Origin: Antedon mediterranea
Lineage: Eukaryota > Animalia > Echinodermata
Direction: 5' to 3'
Assembly: GCF_964355755.1 (NCBI RefSeq)
Contig: NC_092673.1
Span: 32,485,648-32,549,647 of the forward strand
Length of the DNA stretch: 64,000 nucleotides
Position numbers and translations under genes: made by a program. Under the pieces are notes generated by a model. The model was not told where the DNA came from. It made no database searches and worked only from the letters and a program-made list of their open reading frames with translations. Positions 11,706 to 25,806 of this stretch are shown here, one piece after another (the stretch's first letter is position 1; every line of letters begins with the position of its first letter).

Positions 11706-12987
11706 ATGGATATCCAAACAAGAATCAGAGAATTCATTGAAAAACGATCCAAAAATAAAGCGACAAAGGTAAGAATTTTGAAAATAATATAAATTGGGTA
11801 GGCCTAGTTTATATAAGAGAATCACTTAGTATCATTCTTAATTCTTGTCACGTACCACTCCATCTCATGATGAAGAAGGAAGGACGGACGCACGGTGTTC
11901 ACAATAGCTACTCTATGCAAACAATATTAATACTCTGATTTCTGAAGAAAATGTTGTTTTCTCTTTGTTAGGAGGGTCGCCCATCTTCTCCTTGGTGGAG
12001 ACGATTCTCTCGCTTTAGGAAGTATTTCAAACGACAGAGGAAAAACAGGGTAAGAACGACATACGCAATAATAATACCAAGAGTTTAAATAGGCCTACAC
12101 GTCGATATCGGATATTTATTTGCAATTTTTCGATCTGCAGATATCATTTTAATGTATGTTTCTTTGATTAGGTTTCTCCACAAGTGCAAGAAGAAAGCAG
12201 TTCCCAGAATTTTGGGACAAACGTTCGATGCCCTGTTGAACTGTTTATTGCATCATCTTTTAAAGATTGTATGAATGGCCTGCCTCATCAACGATCTGCT
12301 GAACAAGAAGGCAGTGACGTTGTTGCAGACACCACCTCTGGCGAAAGTCATCAGGAACTGCCACTGCGAAAGAGCATCGCATGGAGTGTGTCTTTCAATG
12401 ACACTGATGAGAATCCTACAATATCATCCAGCAGTGAACCTGTTGATACCAAGGTACTTTGGAATCTTGTGAACGCCGACTCGTCAAATGTGACGGATGA
12501 TGAATGGGCGAGTTTCAACGATGCCCCCGACGTCGATGATGTTGATGCCGACCATGCAGATAGATCTGCGTTGTCAAAGAATCTTCAATCTCTCCAAGAC
12601 TACACAGAAGAGATGACGTATATGCTTCATCGTGCCAACGTCACGTGGTCTCAAACCTGTCGAGGACCATTTCCACATCTGAAATATCTTACCAAGGAAC
12701 AGGTGATCGAGATAATGTCACATGACTGTACCAGCATCACTGACCGTATCAAATTTAAGATTTACACCGCCATGAAAAAAGTCAACGACTTAAACCGTGC
12801 GATTGACGACCACCTGGGCATGCAAATTAACTTCAGAGACGGACTTGAACATGATAGGGAGTTGAAGGAAAAACGCCCTAAACGAACCGAGTTGGTATGG
12901 ACATATATGGAACCAAAGGCATTTCCAACTATGAACTTTAAAGGTGATTTGGAAATGGTTGAAGAAGAGGTAGTTGGAGATGGATAG
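11706..12987 (+). CDS. Uncharacterised protein X2 (318 aa, 3 exons), paralog of X1
   Basis: Exons 11706-11768 (identical to X1 exon 1), 11972-12049 (EGRPSSPWWRRFSRFRKYFKRQRKNR), 12172-12987 (VSPQVQEE...EEEVVGDG*). Frame and motifs are conserved with X1 despite nucleotide divergence. Confidence 0.85.
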
Positions 12988-13561
12988 ATAGCCGACTGAA
13001 ATGATTAAGAAATGATGGGGGAAAGAAATTTATATACATACAGTGTGTAGTTGGGATCGAATCATCGAAAAGAAGCAGCTTCTACAATTTACTGAACTTT
13101 TAATACAATTACAGAAACTTTTGAACGAAAATATGTTTAGAATCATTATATGACGATTGCAGCACTCACCGACTGAAATACAGAGAAAACGACGCTAAAG
13201 GCGATGTGTGCTTTCCCGGTTATCAATTTAATTCGCGATATATAATTTGTAAAATAGAGTGTGTACATAAAATTTCAAAAATATATTTTCCCCATGAATT
13301 GTTGCAATAAATATATAATAAATTTAAACCATTTGTTTTTTAATTTACTGAAATAAAAAATAATCTACTTTCACATTGACATACCGCCAATGAACATAAG
13401 ACCAATGAAAATATGAAAAACACATCTCATGACCTGAGGCAACTCCTGACTTACTACAGCACTGTAAACAAAATGATCAAAAGGATTTTAATCAAGACTT
13501 TATTGAATCATATTTACAATTTAAATTAATAATAAGTTGACAGATGTTTGTAAACTATAAA

Positions 13562-13661
13562 AAATTCAAGAAAATATAATTTAAGAGTTATGTAACCTTT
13601 TTGAAATAATTTTAAAAAGTTACATAACTTGTTTACTCTTCAATTATATTTTCTTGAATTT
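13562..13661. repeat. ~100-bp fold-back inverted repeat between the convergent 3' ends of X2 and AK8
   Basis: aaattcaagaaaatataatt..aagagt.tatgtaac / gttacataa..actctt.aattatattttcttgaattt. Confidence 0.8.
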
Positions 13662-13974
13662 CGCGATAGATAATTTGTAAAATAGAATTTGTACATATAA
13701 TTACTGAAATATATACAAATTATATAAAGTATTGGTTTTTTAATTCATTTTCGTAATAATGATCAACTTTCAACTGAGGCAACTTCAAAAGCTGACCAGA
13801 AGAAAGTGAAATATTCATTTATTATTTAAAAAAACACTAGAAATACTTAATAATCTTCATGAAAGTTACAAGTGTGAAAAAAACTGTATACAGTAAGAAT
13901 AATCGTCTTATTAGGAAGATATTTACTGGGTACAACTTCTTATCCAATAGTGTATGACTGCAGCACACGGGGTA

Positions 13975-16900
13975 TCAATCCCTATCCAGATTAGTGGGCA
14001 GCTGACTAACCAACATACTTTCCACAAATTCAAACACTGTATGAGGATCCTGATCAGCATTGATATGTAGTCCCGTTTGATAATAATCCGATAGCTCTTC
14101 TACGTAAGCGTTATACGCAGCCAATCTTTTTTGAACGGCATCGTCGGAGTCTTCAGGGTGTCTCTGACATCGTTCTTTAATCTGGTTTGAATGAGGAGGG
14201 TTGTAGAGGGTGTGGTAAATGATACCGGTTACAGGGTCTGTCATGCGTAATGTTAACCTCTCGTATACCGAGTCATTTGGAACGTCTAGATAGAACACTC
14301 TGTAAAATGTCAAATCAAAAGAATAATTTTGATGACATCCTATGAAATGGCAAAAGTGCAAAGCTCCCACAAACCAGACTTAAATAAAAGCTACCAATAT
14401 GGTGTGTTTGTGCCACAGACAATGGATGCCAGGGTCCGTGGCTGGAGAGTACACTCTTTCTTACCTGTTGGGTTCATATCCAGCAGTATCAAGATTCTCT
14501 GCTTGCTCTCTTGTACGTGGGAAGCCTCTCAACACCCAACCTCTCGTCACACAATCTATCTGACTCAGACGGTCCTCTATGAGTTTCAGCACAAGATTAT
14601 CTGGTACTGTACATTAATACAAATTTAAATGAAATAAGAATGTCTATGCCTGTGCGCAATCTTATAACATGTAAGTTTCTAGCATACAGTTGGCTGGGAC
14701 TCTCCGATAGAACAATAATAAAAAGTTTTAAAATAAATTAGAATAAGATATTCCACGCTCATGCCTGTGTGCAATTTTATAACATGCAAGTTTCTAGCAT
14801 ACAGTTGGCTGGGACTCTCCGATAGAACAATAATAAAAAGCTTTAAAATAAATTAAAATAAGATATTCCAAACTCATGCCTGTGTGCAATTTTATAAGAT
14901 GTACATTATCTATCAGATTCAGATTGCTTGCAATAGAAGAATAATAAAAGCTTTAAAATTAAATTATTTGTACAATTACATAAAATAAAATATTGCGAAA
15001 GGCTTACCTGGCATATCCCTGTTGACATATGGCTTGATGGCTTCTCCTGTCTTTGACTCATTTGCAATGGCTTCCTTGACAAGCTGACCAGACGATACTA
15101 AAATATAAGATAACATTCAATTAAAGAACAAACATTCCGATTGTTTGTTCTTTGAATCATAGAGGTAGCATATGATTAACTTTGATCAATAAATATATAA
15201 ACAAATAAATTAGAAACAAATTTCTGAACTAGTTAATTGTTAGCAAAAGCATTATTGTTTAATTATTCCAATCATCAAATATAAAACATCTGTTTTTAAT
15301 TTAATGAAATGAGAATGTAAATATTGAATAAACCTGTGATTATTATTTGAACTTGCAGAAATAAACTTACCACTAATGACGTCATATTTATTAGCCAACA
15401 ACGCAGCTTGGACACTTTTACCACATCCAGTCGGACCAAGGAGCACAATACGTGGTATGTGTGGGGCAAGACTCCGATGCTTGGAACTCAAAGCTGTTAT
15501 AACTATAACAAAAATATAGGTATTAATAAAAAGAAACTACAGTTGTACTAAAGTTGTAAAAATGGTATAGTAAGATTATAAGAAAGTGCCTCTCAATACA
15601 ATGAACTAACTACTGTATATATGAAATAAGAAAATTCAGTTTTAGTTTCACCTTGTGAAAATACATCAGCCTTTGGTTGATCCGCATTGATAACCTTCGT
15701 AAATTTGTGATAGCATCGCCTGAGTCCATCTATATGTCTGTGGTAGAGGACGAGTCGTTGAGTCATCTCTGCCTCTGTACACCCTTCTGGAGGCTCAACC
15801 AACCTCTTTTCAACCTCGCTGTTTGAGGGGTAATCAAATGTTGTATGGTACACATCTTAAAAAGGTTAAAAAGAGGAAATTGATTTGTTAACTTTGGGTT
15901 TTTCATATGTTTTTATTTTGGGATATTGTGTATTGGGCTGGGGGGAAATGTTAGGAAATGGGATAAGAGCAGATTTTTTAGGTTGCCAAGTAGGATAGAA
16001 AGCAATTGCTTCATGGTGTCTTCAGACACTGCCATGAATGACTTCAGAGTATATTGGAGTACACAGATCATCTGTTCCATGCCAACATTACCAGTGCAGT
16101 TATTGTTGGAAGTGGTAGAACAAAAGTTAATGCGCACATGGATTACATTTAAAAGTAGGCTGGCCTTAATTTTGTTAGTAATGATATTTCAATTTTTTGT
16201 ATTATTGTGTATTTCATTAATTAGAATTTGACCCTGTTAATATACATTACCCTATTGGAATGGATGTACAGATTTGGGTCATATACCGTCGACTTGTGAG
16301 TTGGGGAAAGAAAAACAATTTTTCAGATTTAAACCTTACCTCCTGTTTGTGGATCAACTCTTTTGCCCATTTGCCTCTCAATGAGAACTGTATCTGGTGC
16401 ATCAAGAATAACTACAACACAAATAAATCAAATTCAATAAACTCATTACAAAAAAATCGTTTTTCTCCTTTATCAACTTTAAAAAAAATTTCTGTATTCA
16501 TAATAACAATGCATTGTTATATTAAAACTGTTATAAATTATGATTTTCAAAAATTATAGATAGACAGTCCAAAAATCAATATAGATGGATAAGAAAGACA
16601 ATCTAACAACAGGACACTGAGCTCGCCTTGCCAAGATCGGAACTTGTAACAGTCCTTTGATCTTATGTCTGGCTGTACTATGTACATATTTTCCACTGCG
16701 CATGTTGTATGTTAAGAGACGTGGAACTGATTGTGTCACAGCCACAGATAAACCCTTTGATCTCCGCAGCTCAGCATCCTTTTGTTAAATTGCCTTGAGA
16801 TAAGCAAGGTAGACCACATTTATTCCTTATTAACAGAACAGCCTCAAGACTCTTGACTGGGCATGATTAATCAATGGAGAAAACTTGTCGTACTATACAA

Positions 16901-18909
16901 AATTGTGATTACTTAAGTTATACCCTTTAACCATTTGTGCATTTTTAAACTGTTCTTTTTACCAAAGTGCTTTGGCGAGATGCCAACCTGCTGCAAAGCC
17001 AATCCTTGTTCTCTGTTCTCAGGGAACCCTTCCATCACCCATCCCTTCTTGATGCAATCAAACAGTTTGAGTCTTGCTTGTATTAACTGCACCCATAGTT
17101 CCATCGGTATAGACTGTGACATTAAACAAAAATAAAAACTTTATTGGTCATCTGATTCATGATTTTTCTTTTTGAGGAATTGGAAGAGTGAATAAAATAT
17201 TAAAATTTCCGCACACTTTTTAAGGTGTACATGTGTAAAAAGCCAGAACTTTTTTGTAACCCCTACCTAACTAGGGGCTTGGATAATTGTATGACCCACT
17301 ATACAACCCCATGAGAGGAGCATAATTTGTATGATGTGCGTCACCTTAAGAATACCATGACACACCCCTGCGTCAAAAAAGTGACTTTCCTTAAATAGGT
17401 GACCATGATGCACCCATTTTGACGCATTGTGACCATGTTGTTCATGATATGGTGGGTGGTATGATGTACATTAACACAACAATGTTCATTGATGTGACAT
17501 ACCATCTAGGTTTTTCTGACGCACCCCTGAATCAATAATTAATTGTAAATGACATATTCATGATGCACCTCTCCCGGGGGTTGTACAATTGACAAGTGCA
17601 TTATAATTCTTTGTGTATAAGATTTTTAATTGTTAAATTCAAAAAGAAAGGAGAATAATTGAAAGTCAATTATGAAGATTATCAAAATACCTGATTCTTG
17701 TCTATGATTGCCCTGCCTTTGGCCGCCAGTGGGGACACATCGTCCTCTAACAGAATCTGTGGAGTGATGTGAGCTGTCCGTAGCTTGGCAGACACCATCT
17801 TGCCTATTGTTGTCTTACCAGAGGCAGGAGGACCCTGGATGACAATAGCTGGAACTAGAATAAAGTTCAATGAAATATTGTATTATTATTTTTTTATATT
17901 GGGTAGCTTTTTCAGTCAAAGGCTGTCCTCCCAAAAGATGTACTAGGTTCTTTAAAGTGCACAAGTCAGATGTGTACACTGGAACTACGGTTTATAGTCC
18001 TTATTGAGAAGACTTCACCAGAGCCATGCATGGAGCGAGTGAGACTCGAACCAATTCCGATGTTATGGCTACATAATTACGGTTCCACTGTTTTAACCAC
18101 TCGGCCACGCACTCAATGAATGGGTTAGGTCGATTATCTTTGAGTAGTGTAGATCAAATTTAATAATTCAGCTTTTTATTCGGTCGATTTTGTTGGTGGC
18201 TGATATAATCAAAGCATGGAAAATGCCAAAATAAGTCAAGGTTATTTTACAACCAGGGAAGAGTAAACTTAACCTAACAAAATTAAAAATGTAATTTAAC
18301 TCTTCCCTGTGTATCTTACCATCATCGTCTTCTCGTTTCAATTCCTCAAGCATAAACGTTAATGGATCTTCTGGCTTTTCCATAAGGAGTCTTGCAATCA
18401 GTCGCTAAAATTATAAAACAAAATTAATAATAAATATTCCCCTGGCATAGTAGTAGTAGGCCATCTATTCTATCTACTATAGGCCTAGCTAGGCTCTCCT
18501 AACTACTAAGGCTAGGGCCAAGGCCTAAACTAAGTAAGGCTACATACATTTGTAAAATTATAGGCCTATTATTTATTAAATAGAATGATAGTAATTAATA
18601 GTAATACGCCTTGGCAAAGTCTCTATTATTATCAAATCTAGGGCATTTGTAGTTCAAGCCTAGATCTGTTAGAAGCTAGGCCTAGCCTATGAAATTACTC
18701 AATCATTATACTGAAGAAGCAGCCCCTTCGGCTTGCCCGGTGTATTCCTAACAATACACACACGGGAGGCCTAGCCTTGCCACCTATTTCAGCCTCTAAA
18801 AGTTCATTAATAGTATTTAACTTACCCTATATAGTTCGAACAATTCATGTTTCTGAGCATAAGTTGCAAATTGTGGTGGTATACGTAATGGCCTTTTTGT
18901 AGCATCCAT
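13975..18909 (-). CDS. AK8: Adenylate kinase 8 (482 aa, 10 exons, two AK domains)
   Basis: Exons 18909-18826, 18404-18320, 17854-17691, 17113-16963, 16411-16340, 15855-15652, 15502-15371, 15097-15008, 14606-14465, 14299-13975 sum to 1449 nt. N-terminus [26 protein letters not shown]...PEDPLTFM resembles AK8. Two P-loops ([16 protein letters not shown]), two GWVxxGFP motifs and two LID motifs (DPQTG, DPVTG). Confidence 0.95.
14645..14965. repeat. ~115-bp tandem repeat x2.5, AK8 intron 8
   Basis: atgcctgtgYgcaat starts at ~14646, 14761 and 14876; the tctagcatacagttggctgggactctccgatagaacaataataaaa core occurs twice. Confidence 0.85.
16594..16797. mobile_element. MITE (CAAGGCAA...TTGCCTTG family) with a 7-bp TSD, AK8 intron 4
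   Basis: TIRs flanked by ggataag and agataag; internal sequence shared with the 10026 and 23318 copies. Confidence 0.75.
17900..18112 (-). mobile_element. tRNA-derived SINE, AK8 intron 2
   Basis: Minus strand has an A box (gtggccgagtggttaa) and a B box (ggttcgagtc), followed by a SINE-like body and a tail. Confidence 0.55.
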
Positions 18910-21432
18910 TTTAGCGTCTTTTTTATACGAAATTTCTCAATAATGCAAGATTGTTTTTGTTTTTGTTGCTAAGCTGGCGAATGGACGGTTTTTGTAATGA
19001 AGAGCGCCACAAAAACAAGTAAACCAAATCGATGCTGCTAAACATGACTGATTCATCATCAGAATTCTGATATAGCAAATAGCACATATAAAAGCATAAG
19101 TATTCAGATTTAAATAATAATGCGATCACGTATCAATAACATTTTCAACTCCTTATCCTCCTTCATAACTGTTTCCTCAAAGTCTCTATATTTACAAGTT
19201 AAATTTACTACCGTTTTTATTTCTTTGTGAATAAATATAAATAAAAAAAAAAATCAATGTATCAATTTGATTTGTTTAAGTTATTTCAAAATTATATATA
19301 CAGTGTTTTACCGTATTTGTGATTCTGTTAAAGGAAAATCTTAAATTCGAGGAACAATTAATATTGGCAAATTAGGAATTCGAGGCATAGGCATCAAATT
19401 ATTATGCAGTTTCAATTATATTTTTTACACAGAAAATACAATTACTAATTGATCGTAATTCGATTGATTGGGAGTATATTTAAAGATTATAGAGAGGGTT
19501 GTTCGGGAGGGGGCGGGGGGTTTGGAATTTGGGTGGGGTGGTTAGACAGTGCAATAATATCGATATGGAAGGCGGTGGGACTATGTAAAAAAAAAACAAC
19601 AAAACTTCTATAGTCACATACCACAACAGTAGGCCTATGGAGATAATTGTAGGCCTCATATTGTTCCCTTTTTGATCAATTTCAAGCTCAGGGGACGAAA
19701 TCAAAGTAGGTCTAATGTCCGGACCTACATTGTTTTCTAATAGAACTACCCAAACAGGTCATGGGTCAAACAGATATGTCAAAACTTTGACAAACTGTAC
19801 TAATCAAGGGCGTGATGAAAACAAACACAATTGACAAGTTTATCAGCAAAGTAAACTAAAAGTGAGTAGATGCGAAAATAAATGGTTTTCTCGGGAGAGT
19901 TTAGTGAAGGTGACGACAGAGGCGATGGTAAATGACCCGTGTCATGGATAGATCCCTTTGTTGCACTAGTCTATTTTCTTGAAAGGATTTGTGGCCAAAA
20001 AGACGATTTACGCAGAAAAAGTTGACTCACACGCGACTGAAAGTATAACAAATATCATTGTGGTTTTTCAGACTTACTGACATTTTTCTGAGACCTGTCG
20101 TCATTTTGTTCTTTTTATATTTCATTTACAAAATTTAAAAAAAACATGAATATGATGACATTTAAATTAACTTACTCACGCTCTACTCTCTACAACTATT
20201 TGATAATATTATTTATTATCAAACGAACTTTAAGAGTGGAAATGTTTGAGGTATAATTTACCTCTACCAATTGAAAATGTAATGTAAGTGAAATGTACCG
20301 CTTGACATCTTTGGATTAGCTTTTAGTTATTTTCATTTCTGTGATTTATATATTTCTTGGTGACGCCACCATTTTTGGAAATAAATGTTATTTTAATTGA
20401 TTATTGATCGATTTTACTTAAAATACCAGGTGTGGGCAAAACTTTTACATTTCTGGTGTTTTTATTCAACTTCAGATTGTCGTCGCTATATAGCAAAAAT
20501 TAACTATTTATATAAGCCTACCCACTTGTTTAAACTTTTGTTACTTTCTAGGGAGACACCAGATGTATGGTATTATATTGGCTAAACCTAACTACTACCT
20601 AACTACTGGAGAAAACAAAATCGGTCTGGCTTTTATAGCATAATTTTGCCAAATTTTGTATCTGGTAAAAAAGGGAAATATGTTTTTTCCGTCGTTATTT
20701 CTGTTGTTTTATTATATTATCTTTTTCAATTCATTCGAGTCACCAAGTCAACAATCAGGCACTCGTCACTTTCTAAGTTCAAGAATTATTGAGGTTAACT
20801 AAACTAATAATTAAAATTAAGTTTCTGTTTTGTGTTGGTCTTTATGAGTCACACACGTATGGATATATCTGCAGTTGTACAAAGATTTAGTTTTGGCATA
20901 CCGATAGAAATTAACACCATTGAATTTCTAATTAACTAAATTGGCGAATAGTAGATCCGTCATCGCTTCTTTGATTATAGTTATTGTCGTACTTGATGTT
21001 TGTTACTATTATACACTGTTACCAACGAAAATTCTTTGCGATGATCAGAAACCATTCCTACACTGTCATCAGTCTAACGAGCTTCTTTCAAATAAAACGT
21101 CCAATTAAATGAATGCACACAAACCGTAACTTAATTGATACCTCACCCATCTCGCGGGAATGGTTGCCTGTCAATAACGCATCGTATTTGTTGTTTAGAG
21201 AGCTTAGCTCTACGTGTCTAATAAATCACTAGGCCTGAATCTCACTGATCGCCACCACCAACTAAACGCTTTAATTATCAACAATTAGACGGACACGGAG
21301 GAAATGTGACAACAATAATTGGCTATTAATGGGAATTACTGAATCTTAGGCCATGATGTATTGCCGAACTGTCCATAATGTGTGCAAATACCGGGCTAAT
21401 AGGATACCTGAGCAGGTATAAATTGGACAATT

Positions 21433-21762
21433 TTAACAATTCCTCATTGAGGAGAAGATCATTGAAACTCAAGAGAACTAAGCGGTATTTCTTAACTTTC
21501 AACAAGATATACACACGCGTTGCTGCCACGCGTACAAACGTTGATATACTTATCTTGATAACTTATCAAGATAAACAGACAGCGCGGTATCTTACTGGAG
21601 TGTTTAACGATTCTCCATTGAGGTAAAGATTGTTGAAACTCCGAGAGCTAAGTGGTTTTCATAACTTCGGCAGGATACACACGCGTTGCCACGCGTACAA
21701 ACGTTGATACAGTATACTTATCTTGATAACATATCAAGATAAAGAGTCAGAGTGATATCTTA
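21433..21762. repeat. ~170-bp tandem duplication upstream of the homeobox gene, each unit with a GATA-site palindrome
   Basis: Units at ~21433-21595 and ~21604-21762. Palindromes TTATCTTGATAACTTATCAAGATAA (21550-21574) and TTATCTTGATAACATATCAAGATAA (21718-21742). Confidence 0.85.
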
Positions 21763-22049
21763 AAACCAAGAAACATCTTCAGATGCTTTAATAACTTTAA
21801 CAGAACGGCAAGACACCATCAGAAAAAAGAAACATCATCGGTATAACTTCGAAGGAAACAAAAACGTTTTTCTTGATACAAAGCAACAGATCGTTCAACT
21901 TAACTTTTAATGCAGCAAATCGAATTATTTCGAATATCTTTATTAAAAGAGATGTAATTGTTGAACGTTTGGAATTCAAACAAAAATTGTTTTCTTTAAA
22001 CGCCAACATTTTCATATTTTCAAAATTCTTTTATAACTCCTTTCGGACA

Positions 22050-25581
<3,532 letters not shown>

Positions 25582-25672
25582 TTTGATAAAACATATAAAT
25601 AAGCCGATGAGACACGACAAAAATATAGGTCATAGGCCTATTAACAATTTAGAAAATCAACCTGTTATATTA

Positions 25673-25806
25673 AGCTATGTCTACACTATCAAACTTGACA
25701 AAGAAATGTGTTGTGCCCATATATGGACACGACGATTTCATATCACTACCATATTTGGGCACATCACATTTTTTTGTCCAACTAGTTTGATAGTGTAGAT
25801 AGAACT
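25673..25806. mobile_element. Harbinger/Tourist-like MITE (AGCTCTGTCTACACTATCAAAC TIR family)
   Basis: TIRs plus internal atatcactaccatatttgggc. Other copies at 4811-4852 (internally deleted), ~8474-8560, 30335-30456, 32228-32358, 38953-39087, ~46250-46325 and 52586-52736. Confidence 0.8.
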
